Source: Promethearchaeota archaeon
Lineage (GTDB): Archaea; Asgardarchaeota; Lokiarchaeia; Sigyniarchaeales; SOKP01
Reading direction: 5' to 3'
Length of the DNA: 44,685 bases
Assembly (NCBI GenBank): GCA_004375715.1
Contig: SOKP01000012.1
Location: 1 to 44,685 of the forward strand
Shown here: piece after piece, positions 26,542 to 36,337 of the stretch
Numbering within the stretch: position 1 is the stretch's first letter
How the letters are laid out: each line of letters starts with the position of its first letter
Notes under the pieces: model-generated
What the model was told of the DNA's origin: nothing
What the model saw: the letters and a program-made list of their open reading frames with translations, nothing else
Database searches by the model: none
Position numbers and translations under genes: made by a program

Positions 26542-27750
26542 ATGTCTGAAGAGGAGACAAAAAGCGTTGTGATTAAAGACTTTTTCAAAAGGTCTGTAAT
26601 AATCAACGAATTAGATGAAGTGTTGAAATTCAAACCAGATTCGTTAATTGGAATTGATCAAATTTCCTCAGACAAATTAATAGAAAATAACATAAAAACC
26701 ATCGAGGAACTAGCGAAATTATCGATCGAAAGTCTTCCAACTATTGAAGAAATTCCTCCTAAAATCCTTCAGAAATGGGTAAGGATCGCACAAGTACTTG
26801 AAAAAGCAATCAGAGAGAAAATTAAAACGCATAAGAAAATTTTGATGATAGGTTTGGATAATGGGGGAAAAACGAGCATTTTAGCAGTTCTCCAAGATAA
26901 ATTTTCAATTATTAAGTCTCTTCTCCCCACAAGGGGAGTTAAACGCGTAAGACTGGACTTTTTTGGTTACCCGATACTTAGTTGGGATTTAGGAGGTCAG
27001 GTCCAATATCGAGAAAAACTTTATTTTAACAGACCGGAATTATTCTTTACTGAAGCCGATTTGATACTTTACGTTATTGACACCCAAGATAATGATAGAT
27101 TTGCTGAAGCTGCAAATTACTTCCGTCAAGTATTAAAAGCATTGATTGAATTAAATGAATTTCCTCCAATCTTAATAGTACTCTCAAAAAGCGATAAAGA
27201 TATTCGCACTTCTCTCGAATGGCAAAATAATGTAACTGCGATAAAAAATAAATTCAATAACATTATGGGCGAATATGAAAATTATTCAATCAGCTATTCT
27301 GATACGACTATATATCAGAAAGAGACTATAATGCAAATGTTCAGCGTAGCTCTGAAATTAGTTTCTGAAACTTCAGAGATAATTGAGAACATCATAGAGG
27401 ATTTTACTCATACTATTGAAGGTAAAGCTGCAAGCTTAATTTCGATGGATGGTTTAATCTTTGGAAGCTTCACGAGCTCAGATCTTGATGAAGCCTTGTT
27501 AAATAATACAGCACTAATTATGCAAACCCTTTCGAACTTTCATACTTCGATAGGATTAACTAGAGAATCTTCAATAACACTTGATTTTCCCTTGAATGGA
27601 TTCTCTATTCGAGGAGAAAAACTTTTTGAATATTCTGAGCTAAAAATACCAGTATATTTGTGGTTGCTTAGTGAAAGCTTTGAGCTATTAAAGGAGAAAA
27701 TCGATTACTTCAAGCAACAGCTGCTACCTTTGATTAATTTGTTCCTTTAA
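26542..27750 (+). CDS. Small GTPase (Arf/Rag-like) with N-terminal HhH-like and C-terminal roadblock-like domains
   Basis: G1 GLDNGGKT, G2 PT, G3 WDLGGQ, G4 SKSD, G5 TTIY. N-terminal LIGIDQISSDKLIENNIKTIEELA; C-terminal AASLISMDGLIFGS. Confidence 0.85.
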   Translation: MSEEETKSVVIKDFFKRSVIINELDEVLKFKPDSLIGIDQISSDKLIENNIKTIEELAKLSIESLPTIEEIPPKILQKWVRIAQVLEKAIREKIKTHKKILMIGLDNGGKTSILAVLQDKFSIIKSLLPTRGVKRVRLDFFGYPILSWDLGGQVQYREKLYFNRPELFFTEADLILYVIDTQDNDRFAEAANYFRQVLKALIELNEFPPILIVLSKSDKDIRTSLEWQNNVTAIKNKFNNIMGEYENYSISYSDTTIYQKETIMQMFSVALKLVSETSEIIENIIEDFTHTIEGKAASLISMDGLIFGSFTSSDLDEALLNNTALIMQTLSNFHTSIGLTRESSITLDFPLNGFSIRGEKLFEYSELKIPVYLWLLSESFELLKEKIDYFKQQLLPLINLFL

Positions 27751-27782
27751 CATATTTATACCTTAAATTCCAATATTTCTAC

Positions 27783-27992
27783 TTACACTTCAAGTTCTTT
27801 TTTTGCTGAAAGTAAAAATTCGGTACTTTTATCCATCATCTCGATGGCTTTATCTAGATTTTCTACGACAGTAAGTAAATTTTTCTCTCTTGCTATTTCT
27901 CTCCATTTTATAAAACTATCTTTATGAGATTCGTTGTGATTCGCCCAATGTTCGCATAATTTGGAAAGTTTTAATATTTGTTTATCTACCAT
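27783..27992 (-). CDS. CooJ-like nickel-binding CODH accessory protein
   Basis: HWANHNESH matches the H(W/F)x2Hx3H CooJ signature. Helical hairpin of 69 aa, directly downstream of and co-oriented with cdhA. Confidence 0.75.
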   Translation of the reverse strand: MVDKQILKLSKLCEHWANHNESHKDSFIKWREIAREKNLLTVVENLDKAIEMMDKSTEFLLSAKKELEV

Positions 27993-28086
27993 AATATTAT
28001 CTTTATAATTAATTGTGCAACTAAAAAAAAAGTGATTATTAAAGTTGTTATTCTAATTTTAAAATAAGAAAAAAAAAATGAATTAA

Positions 28087-30441
28087 TTATCGACATATTC
28101 TCTTCAAAAGGGTAGGATCGATTATTTCTTTGGGTTGCCAATCTTTTTCCTTAAGATATTCGTGAATTTCTGTTTTCAAATTAATGGGAATATCAGCTTC
28201 GACCCGAATGAATTTTTCCAAATCGTTTGGAAAGTCTACTCCCTTATATTTTCGCTCCAAATCAATCCAATGAGATAATTTAATCATGCGACCTTTACTA
28301 TTATCAGCAGGTCTTAATACTAATTTTGCTACGAGGCAAATTGCTTGTTCTATTGATTCTGCGGTTGTCAAAAGATGCTCAGGTGCAGGTCCGATCAAAT
28401 GATTCTCAGTTCCATCCCTAGCGTTGTAAACTCTCCATGAATCTTCGTCATCAGATCGACCAATGTATAGTCTTCTATATTCTGCTGCATGTGGTCCAAT
28501 AACTGCGGGTATACCCAAACCGTTTGCCATACTTGCAATACTAGCTGCTTTTTGAGAATAAGCCCCCCAAGCAACCCCAACGGCTCCTACACGATTTAAT
28601 ATGTAATCTGCAATTTCTTCATAATTACCCCTTAGAGGTCTTCTAGCGAATATGTTAGCAACTTTACAAGTTGCTCCTGCAATATGAGCGTCCGCTACAC
28701 AGGATCCAACATTTACGATACAACCTCTATCAAAATCTCCAGGATAACGGTCATAAATGGTTTTACCTTCCTCGTCTTTAACCAAACCGATGTCCATGGC
28801 AGCACAACCGCTTACGAGAACGATATAATTACGTTTACAGAATTCTTCAGCCATCAAATGTAATTCTTGAATTTCGTGAGAATAGTTGCTGCAACCAATT
28901 AATGCTACAATTCCAGGAATTTCACCTAAAACGATTGGAGCGCCAACATTTCGTATTTCCGTGTCGAGAATAGGTCCCCTTCCAGAACGACAATTATATT
29001 TTTCGTTTTTAATATAATCTCTTGCTCCATGGTTTATTAAAGTAAGAGGAGAAACATTTTTCATGCAATCCTCTTCGCACCTTCCACAACCGAGACATTC
29101 ATGAAATAGGTCACCTAAGAATGCAAAATTACCATCTTTTGCAAGATTAACTCCTTCTACAAGAGGGAGATCATTTGGACAATTTCTCTGACAGTTTCCA
29201 CATCCATTACACCTCATAGCCATGGATTGACAACCCTCATCATCTGGTACAGCACTCTTCCCTTTTCTTAGCGGTTTAATTTTGATCGCAGTTTCAGCTG
29301 CTACAACTCCAGCTTTAATGGGATCTAATATTAATACGCCTTGTTCTCGCCCACTTACTAAGTCATCAATGATTTCTGATGCAGGATCGTCAGTCCTATC
29401 AACTAAACCTCCCATAACTTTTGCGTTAGTTGTAATATAAGGTGCTCCGACAGCTTTAGCTTCTTCAAATGTCCTTAAATTAACACATTGCTCATCAACC
29501 ATGACAACATCCGCAAAACCTAAGCGAATGTAAGGAATTTGTCTTGAAAAAGAACCAATAACTTTAGCACCTTCGAAATATCGAGTTAAATCGTGAGCAG
29601 TACAACAAATTGCTCCTACATCGATTTTTTCATCGTAATTTTTTTCTCGCATATAATCAACTAACTCTACTCCTGGAGCTACGTTGTGTCCAATCATAAG
29701 AATTGTTGCTTTATTTGTATCCATTGTTCCCATACCAAGTTCAACAATTGGAACATCTGGATCACCTATTGGCATTCCGTAGGCTACCATTTGCGCTACA
29801 TCAGAAACTTCCATTCCAACAGTATCGCATAGACCAGCTAAGAAGCTTTTCGCTTCAAAATCAAGATTACTTGATTCTTGGCCAGTATGACCAGCAGATA
29901 AAAGTTGAGTGATGGTAAAGTGAACCCAATTCATTGCAGTTTCTAAATCCTCGAGATTTTCAGGTTTCATGCCAACAATTAATCGAGTCATTGGCATTTC
30001 AACGGCAATGCTATTTCCCATGTTTAGAGGAACATTTCCGTATTTCTCTTTTAGCCAATGGAGTAAATGATCACCATGTGATGAATGACAAGCTGCCCCC
30101 ACGCAACAAGCTATTTCGACAATTCTCGATTGTTGTGTCTCCGAGTTAATACCGCAAGCTCCCCTTCTACCTTTTGAGAGATTACATTTTCCATAAGTAC
30201 ATAAACAACAGAGGTCGCAGATAGGCATATAAAATGGTTTATATCGTTCCATGAGCTTAAAAAACCAGGATCGAAGTGTGGGAATTTCAGGTTTTGGATG
30301 GGGTCCCATTGGTTCCCATTCTGATTCATCTCCTTCGCTTATGATATTGCCAGCGGTGAATTCAAATCCTTTAATTTGCCCGAAAGGACCAGAATAGCTG
30401 TCAATTTTGATTTTTGCGCCTTTTTTTTCCATAATTTCCAC
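28087..30441 (-). CDS. cdhA: CO dehydrogenase/acetyl-CoA decarbonylase-synthase alpha subunit (archaeal Ni-CODH)
   Basis: CDLCCLCTYGKC, GHN, ICCT, DEQC, two ferredoxin-like CxxCxxCxxxC motifs, GCSN, SGC, GSC, WGAYSQKA, PAPEHL. Start is probably ATG 30432 rather than GTG 30441. Confidence 0.95.
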   Translation of the reverse strand: MEIMEKKGAKIKIDSYSGPFGQIKGFEFTAGNIISEGDESEWEPMGPHPKPEIPTLRSWFFKLMERYKPFYMPICDLCCLCTYGKCNLSKGRRGACGINSETQQSRIVEIACCVGAACHSSHGDHLLHWLKEKYGNVPLNMGNSIAVEMPMTRLIVGMKPENLEDLETAMNWVHFTITQLLSAGHTGQESSNLDFEAKSFLAGLCDTVGMEVSDVAQMVAYGMPIGDPDVPIVELGMGTMDTNKATILMIGHNVAPGVELVDYMREKNYDEKIDVGAICCTAHDLTRYFEGAKVIGSFSRQIPYIRLGFADVVMVDEQCVNLRTFEEAKAVGAPYITTNAKVMGGLVDRTDDPASEIIDDLVSGREQGVLILDPIKAGVVAAETAIKIKPLRKGKSAVPDDEGCQSMAMRCNGCGNCQRNCPNDLPLVEGVNLAKDGNFAFLGDLFHECLGCGRCEEDCMKNVSPLTLINHGARDYIKNEKYNCRSGRGPILDTEIRNVGAPIVLGEIPGIVALIGCSNYSHEIQELHLMAEEFCKRNYIVLVSGCAAMDIGLVKDEEGKTIYDRYPGDFDRGCIVNVGSCVADAHIAGATCKVANIFARRPLRGNYEEIADYILNRVGAVGVAWGAYSQKAASIASMANGLGIPAVIGPHAAEYRRLYIGRSDDEDSWRVYNARDGTENHLIGPAPEHLLTTAESIEQAICLVAKLVLRPADNSKGRMIKLSHWIDLERKYKGVDFPNDLEKFIRVEADIPINLKTEIHEYLKEKDWQPKEIIDPTLLKRICR

Positions 30442-30671
30442 GTTTGTTTTTTTTTTGAATTATAATCTATTCCAAAGATAAGTAGAACTATATATTGTGT
30501 TATTAAACAATTTATATTTTTTATTGAGAAAATAATTGTGTGAATTTAAAGATATTTAGCATATTCTAAAATACAAATTAACAATTTATTTTCAAAAAAT
30601 TAGTGTGAATTTTCATTCACTGCGTTTCATCGTTCAGATTTCTATAAGATGAAGAGATTAGAAACTACCTT

Positions 30672-31268
30672 TTAAAGAGAAGCTAAGAAATCAGATACCG
30701 CAGCGTCAGAAAGCTGTTCGTCTATTAAAGCGTTATCAATTTCTTCTGAGAGGAGATCAAATTTGTATGAACATTTCTTGCCTCCTGTTAAAACGCACTC
30801 TACTTCACTACCATCAACTTCAATTCCAAGTAGATCAAAAATACTGTTAAAAATTCCAAGATATAATAAACATAAGTTTTTAGCTAAAAGATTGCCTATT
30901 TCTTGGGTTGCTAAAGAATCGTACACATTTAGGATAATGTGGTCTTTTTTAAACATCCCTGTGAGCCCACCGTACCCCATAAGCGTTAAGCCCTCGAGAG
31001 TTCCCAAGACAACTTCCTTTTTAGTCTCCATGGGAGCATCACTCCAATCCTTGTTAGAAAAAAACTTCTCCAAAAATATTTTGCCTAGCGATTTCCCGAC
31101 CCATATCAAGATATCTTCAGCGTTTGTTCCAGCAAATTCGCAAAATTCCATTATTTCATTTGGACGGAGCATTACAAGCCTCATTTCTTTATCTTTTTCG
31201 CCTAAAAATAGATGTCCTTCTTTTTCCTCAATATTTATCTGTAATTCTTTTTTGAGCCGTTTAAACAT
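30672..31268 (-). CDS. V4R (vinyl-4-reductase/Bet3-like fold) domain protein
   Basis: RLVML, GKSLGK, LMGYG, CLLYLGIF and the EVECVLTGGKKCSYKF V4R signature. Confidence 0.82.
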   Translation of the reverse strand: MFKRLKKELQINIEEKEGHLFLGEKDKEMRLVMLRPNEIMEFCEFAGTNAEDILIWVGKSLGKIFLEKFFSNKDWSDAPMETKKEVVLGTLEGLTLMGYGGLTGMFKKDHIILNVYDSLATQEIGNLLAKNLCLLYLGIFNSIFDLLGIEVDGSEVECVLTGGKKCSYKFDLLSEEIDNALIDEQLSDAAVSDFLASL

Positions 31269-31393
31269 AATTAAATCCTTTTATTCTTGTTATATCTCTT
31301 AACTAGCAATATCTTTAAACAAATTTAATATAATAGAAATTATTTTGGATAGGCTTATAAATTTATTGATACACCAAAATTTGTATAGATTTT

Positions 31394-32431
31394 CTAAGCT
31401 GAGACTAAGGTAAAAATCGTGTTTAATACTTTTTCAATATTATAACTAGTTTTAACAGATGTAAAAACAAATTTCCAATTGTTATGATGTAAACTATCAA
31501 ATTCAAAGAAGTCGATGATTTCTTTTTCTGTTCTTTTTAATTGTTCATCGTTATTGCTATTGTTATGGTTAATTAAATCAACCTTATTACCAAGGATTAA
31601 AAGAGGAATATCTTGTAGATCATTTTCGTTATATATTTTCCAAAACTCAGTTTTTGATTCGTCAAAGCGTAATTGGTTAGCAACATCGACCATATATATA
31701 ATTATATTCGTATCTTGAAGCCCAAGTAGCCATCTGTCCCTAAAGGTGTTTTGCCCTGGGCTATCCCATATTGAGAGAAGACCATCTTGTCTCTGAATAT
31801 ACTCAATGTTAAATCTTTTACTAGGTGTAAAATAATTGTCGTTAAACTTACCTGTTTTAATTCTCCTTGTAAAGCTGGATTTACCCACTTCGTCTATTCC
31901 AAAAAGAAAAACCTTTGTAAACAATCCTGAGGGATGAAAGGAAACATCATGAACTTGTTCCAGAGTTTCATCACCAAATCTTTTAATATCAATAAACAAT
32001 GTTATTAGGAAATTTTCTATTGCAATATCGTCTTTAAATGAGCAACATTTTTCGATATTTAATAGTTCATTGGACATGTCAACGAAAATTTCTCGGTAAT
32101 CGTAAGGATTATCTTCTTTTTCAAATACTAATCCGATAAGCATTTCACCATTAATGCATAAAGTATAGAGGTTCTGGTTCCCAATCAGTTGAGAAACGGG
32201 ATTACCGATTACAAACGGATTAGATTTGTCTTGCGCAGAATTTACTACACGTTCTGATTTGAGATTATCACAACAATCGTTTTCTAGGGATTCTTGATCG
32301 TGTCCTTGGATGATTTTTAACACTATATCTTTATTATCCTTCTTGTTTATATCTTCGGGATAGCTATAGATATCAAGGTTTGTTAAATCATAAGAATTTT
32401 TGCGCTTTAATAAAAAGATTTTAGATAACAC
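31394..32431 (-). CDS. Arf-like small GTPase with an N-terminal longin/uDENN-like extension
   Basis: G1 GIDEVGKS, G3 WDSPGQ, G4 NKVD, G5 SVK. About 170-aa N-terminal domain (YSYPE...LIGLVFEKEDNPYDY); GTG start. Confidence 0.82.
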   Translation of the reverse strand: MLSKIFLLKRKNSYDLTNLDIYSYPEDINKKDNKDIVLKIIQGHDQESLENDCCDNLKSERVVNSAQDKSNPFVIGNPVSQLIGNQNLYTLCINGEMLIGLVFEKEDNPYDYREIFVDMSNELLNIEKCCSFKDDIAIENFLITLFIDIKRFGDETLEQVHDVSFHPSGLFTKVFLFGIDEVGKSSFTRRIKTGKFNDNYFTPSKRFNIEYIQRQDGLLSIWDSPGQNTFRDRWLLGLQDTNIIIYMVDVANQLRFDESKTEFWKIYNENDLQDIPLLILGNKVDLINHNNSNNDEQLKRTEKEIIDFFEFDSLHHNNWKFVFTSVKTSYNIEKVLNTIFTLVSA

Positions 32432-32597
32432 AGAATTTTCCTAATCATTTATTCCCTTAAGGAAGTAAATAAAAAATGCTTAAAAAAAGTTTGGAATTAG
32501 CAGATGTTCTTTCATATAAACTTTATGCTATTGACTCCCTAATAACCAAAAAGTAGAAGCGCACCTAGTGCAAAAAAAAGCTTTTTAAAATAAATTT

Positions 32598-33992
32598 TTA
32601 AGGATCGGTATTTTCTTCTGTAGAATCGGCTTCTTGTTCTGGATCATCAGTTTGACCATCTTCAGAGGGTTCTTTTGGCTCTTTTTTTTCTTCTTTAGAA
32701 GGTTTTTCTCCAACAGGAGTCTCACAGACAGGGCATTTTGTCCAACCCGGCCTTAAACTATATCCACAACTAGCACATTCTGGCATGTCTTGATCGGATT
32801 TCCACTCAGGAATATTCAATCCCCCTCTCTTTCTTTTCTCTGCCAACTCCTGCAAGTCCTCTTCTTTCCATACTTCCATTCCCGCAGGGATTCCCGAACC
32901 GCGCTCTTCAGCTAATTTTTGCAAGTCTTCTTCATTCCAAGTAGGAAGGCTTGGTTGCGCAGCTAACCTTTTTTGAGCTTCGCTGGCGAGCTCTTCAGCG
33001 GTCCAAGACTTTAATTCTTGACCCCCAGGCGTTCTAACCCCTCCACCTGAAGGTCCAGACGCCTGTCCTCCAGAGATAGGTTGTTGTGGCGCCGGTGAAG
33101 GAAGCTGACAACATGCAGCAGATAATTTTAACAAAGCTTCAAAGCAATTTCCAAACCGAGGCTGTCCTTGGCCTTCATCGGAAATAAGGACGATACTTTT
33201 TTTTTCGGAAGGAAGAGGAACTATAATACTACAAACAGCAATGTCTGATTTACTCCTCTTGGATTCTATAGCAGTCGTAATTTTTCCCATGGAGTCGTTC
33301 AAATCAGAATCTTTCATCAAGAAATCACAAATTGGGTCGCCATGTCTTTGAAATTCTTCGTGATATTTCGATAATTGATTTTTAGTAAGTATAGAATCTA
33401 ATGAATTAATTATGGCGCTTACATAGGGAAAAATGTGAGATTTGGGTTCTTTCTGTGATTCATCTAGTTTATATCCCCTTAGATCAATGTTTCCCGTAAA
33501 AGGAGCGAACAATGGCTCTTGACCTTTTATTTTCCCATATACTGTTGTTCTCCCAACAAAACATTTTATCTCCCCATAATACGCAATAGCATTATCCATT
33601 AGTTGAACTTTGTCATGATAAGATATTCGAGGAATAGTGCGAAAAATGACATCGACCCAAGGAAGTTCTTTTACAGGAATTATGACGACACAAGTCTTAA
33701 TAATTAATTCTGATAATTTTTTAAGATATTCTTTCAGTTTTTTTTTAATTTCTTTATACTTGTCTTTTTCTAATTCAGTTTCAGCCTTTTTCATAAACTC
33801 TTTGAACTTTTCTTCATTTTTTTTGACAGAACCCCCATAGGTCTTTAAGTCTCCTACGATATTATCTTTTAAAATGAATGTAGCATCGTTTACGATTTCA
33901 TTTTGTAGTTCTGTAAGTTCTTCCACTAAATAATCACTTACATCAAAATCCAGGCTGTTTATAAAGATTTCAAACAATTTCTCTTCAGACAA
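32598..33992 (-). CDS. Hypothetical protein: globular N-terminal domain, Gly/Pro linker, ~22-aa Trp repeats, zinc ribbon, acidic tail
   Basis: 464-aa open frame with TTG start; repeats WTAEEL/WNEEDL/WKEEDL/WKSDQD; CASC-x10-CPVC. Confidence 0.75.
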   Translation of the reverse strand: MSEEKLFEIFINSLDFDVSDYLVEELTELQNEIVNDATFILKDNIVGDLKTYGGSVKKNEEKFKEFMKKAETELEKDKYKEIKKKLKEYLKKLSELIIKTCVVIIPVKELPWVDVIFRTIPRISYHDKVQLMDNAIAYYGEIKCFVGRTTVYGKIKGQEPLFAPFTGNIDLRGYKLDESQKEPKSHIFPYVSAIINSLDSILTKNQLSKYHEEFQRHGDPICDFLMKDSDLNDSMGKITTAIESKRSKSDIAVCSIIVPLPSEKKSIVLISDEGQGQPRFGNCFEALLKLSAACCQLPSPAPQQPISGGQASGPSGGGVRTPGGQELKSWTAEELASEAQKRLAAQPSLPTWNEEDLQKLAEERGSGIPAGMEVWKEEDLQELAEKRKRGGLNIPEWKSDQDMPECASCGYSLRPGWTKCPVCETPVGEKPSKEEKKEPKEPSEDGQTDDPEQEADSTEENTDP

Positions 33993-34128
33993 TTTTAAAG
34001 CCTTCCTATTTAGATTTAATAATCCTATAATTATAGGAACGAATTGAATATAAAAATTTATTTAAAACACAATCAATTCAGTATTAGATATTGATGAGTA
34101 ATATTTTTACAAGAGATGTAATGAGAAA

Positions 34129-35154
34129 GTGAATAGTAAGAAAATTATAGTCTGCTTTAGCTCTAAAGTTTCTACTGAAGTCCAGAATCATTTAAAAGAA
34201 GGTTTAAAATCGCTTTCAAACTTAGAACTTATGTTTCCAGAAGATACATCGGATGAATATCTAAAAAACATAGTTTCGGAGGTAGATGTCCTAATCGGAT
34301 GGAGGCCGTCTAAAATTTTATTAGAATCCGGGAAAAATTTGAAGGTATTTATTAATCCAGGAGCAGGTATTAACCATCTTTTAGATTTATTTATTGAATT
34401 AAATAGATCTAGAAAAGTAGTCTTAATTAATGGTCATGGAAATTCCTACTTTGTGGCTCAACATGCCGTGGCATTACTCCTAACTCTTACGAATAAAACA
34501 ATACCACATCACATTTGGATGAAAGAGGGAAAATGGAGGACTGGTGATCAAGATGCTGCTTCGATTCCATTGCGGTTTCGTGAAGTTGGGTTGTTAGGTT
34601 ATGGTGCAATTAATAAAAAGATTCATCAATTTCTTGCTGGTTTTGATGTAAAGTTTCATATCCTAAGAAAAAACTGGAATAAACAAGATGAAAAATTACC
34701 TACCGAAGCAGAGAAATATAGTTTTGCTGAGTTAGATGCTTTTTTAAAAAATATAGATGTTTTAATGATAGCTGTCCCGCACACTTCACTGACTTTGGAG
34801 ATGATTAAAATAAGAGAACTTACTCTATTAGGACCTAAAGGGCTAATTGTCAATGTTGCAAGAGGAGAAATAATAAATCAAGAAGATCTATACCACGCTT
34901 TAAAAAATAAGACAATTCAGGGGGCCGCTATAGATGTTTGGTATGAATATCACCCCAAAGGAAACAAGGAAGGTTTAAAACATCCGTACGAACTTCCTTT
35001 TCATAATCTCGATAATATCATTTTATCTCCGCATAGAGGCTATTCCCCTTTTAGTGATCTCTTAAGATGGGATGAAGTTATCGAAAATATTAATCGAATA
35101 AGTCAGGGTCGAAGTGATTTAATCAATATTGTTAATCTGAAAGAAGAATACTAA
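34129..35154 (+). CDS. D-isomer-specific 2-hydroxyacid dehydrogenase
   Basis: GAGINH, VAQHA, GLLGYGAI Rossmann motif, VNVARG, AIDVW, LSPHRG. Confidence 0.9.
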   Translation: MNSKKIIVCFSSKVSTEVQNHLKEGLKSLSNLELMFPEDTSDEYLKNIVSEVDVLIGWRPSKILLESGKNLKVFINPGAGINHLLDLFIELNRSRKVVLINGHGNSYFVAQHAVALLLTLTNKTIPHHIWMKEGKWRTGDQDAASIPLRFREVGLLGYGAINKKIHQFLAGFDVKFHILRKNWNKQDEKLPTEAEKYSFAELDAFLKNIDVLMIAVPHTSLTLEMIKIRELTLLGPKGLIVNVARGEIINQEDLYHALKNKTIQGAAIDVWYEYHPKGNKEGLKHPYELPFHNLDNIILSPHRGYSPFSDLLRWDEVIENINRISQGRSDLINIVNLKEEY

Positions 35155-35703
35155 TCGTAAAATTAAAAATATGTAAAAAGGAGTTAAGATTTTTTTTCAC
35201 GCTATTAAAAAACCATAAATTAATAATATTTCGAATTTTTAGAGAACTAGGAAGATAATTTTGTGGAATAATTAATCTAGAGTAATTTTTTAAAAAATTG
35301 TGGGCTCAATTAATACCAATTTGTAATTTGAATCATTTTCATTTAAGTTCTGGTAATTTCCGAATTTTCTTGCGAAAAAGAGGATATATAATTTTTTTTT
35401 ACGGATTTAAAAGTTCGACATTAATTGTATTATAATAATTAAAAAAAAATTAAAAATTTTCAATAAACATAAAAAATTTTCAAAAATATTTTCAAATATT
35501 ACTTTAAAATGATGATCTTTAACTTAAGCGTAATATTTAGAACCAGAATGAGATATTGGGATAAAATTTACCTTGAATTATAAATTTGGAAAAATAAATT
35601 TTATAAAAATATATTAACCCCTAAAAAAAAATCTTTAAATAGTAATTTGTAATAAATAATTATATAACGAATAATCAGAAAAAAATATGGTTAAGGCGAT
35701 TTC

Positions 35704-35994
35704 ATGAAAATTGTTACCGTAAATGTACCTGAAAGTTATATAGAGGCAATAAAAAAATTAATTGGGCGAGACGGATTGTACCCTAGTCGATCAGAATTGA
35801 TAAGATGCGCTGTTAGAGAGTTTCTAATAAAAGAACTTAAGCTTGCTAATAATATGGCAAAATATAATGAAGTAGAAATCGAAGATTTTGACGATAAAAA
35901 TTTTGTAAGAGTACCAATAGAAACTTTAAATGAAAAATCTGAACCGGTACGGGAATTTAGAACTTATAAAATTTTAAAGAGGTTGGAACACTAA
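35704..35994 (+). CDS. CopG/Arc/MetJ ribbon-helix-helix regulator
   Basis: MKIVTVNVPESYIEAIKKLIGRDGLYPSRSELIRCAVREFL. Confidence 0.88.
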   Translation: MKIVTVNVPESYIEAIKKLIGRDGLYPSRSELIRCAVREFLIKELKLANNMAKYNEVEIEDFDDKNFVRVPIETLNEKSEPVREFRTYKILKRLEH

Positions 35995-36050
35995 AAAATA
36001 AAAATATTTAATTAAATACGATTTTTCTCACAAATAATGGCAAACTTCTG

Positions 36051-36074
36051 TTTTTTTCTTTTTTTCTTTTTTTT
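36051..36074 (+). terminator. Oligo(T) archaeal-type terminator after the RHH gene
   Basis: TTTTTTTCTTTTTTTCTTTTTTTT about 55 nt after the stop at 35994. Confidence 0.55.
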
Positions 36075-36337
36075 ATGTTATTTGAAGTGCGCGTAAATGA
36101 GCAATATTTTATTCACTACATTATTGTATAAATGAACAAAATTCTGTTTTTTTGCCTTGTACTAGATAAAATTTTCATTTAACCTAGAAGTATTACCCAT
36201 TCTTAATCTCAACTACATAAAAACTCATTTTTTAAAGTGTTTAAGTTAAACTTTTAAGAGAAGCAAATTCTAATTATGATATTACTAATAGTAAAGGGTG
36301 TAATAATATTTCGAGCAAAATAATTTTTCCCGATTTT

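Noticed and set aside
28087-30441. Selenocysteine or other recoding in cdhA or other enzymes
   Set aside because: The long genes are uninterrupted and full length; no in-frame TGA needs invoking.
30763-31302. 179-aa plus-strand ORF
   Set aside because: Antisense to the V4R gene, which has a recognisable domain; no motifs of its own.
35155-35703. 550-bp very AT-rich spacer considered as a replication origin or ncRNA
   Set aside because: No ORB-like G-string repeats, no adjacent orc1/cdc6, and no GC-rich stems visible.
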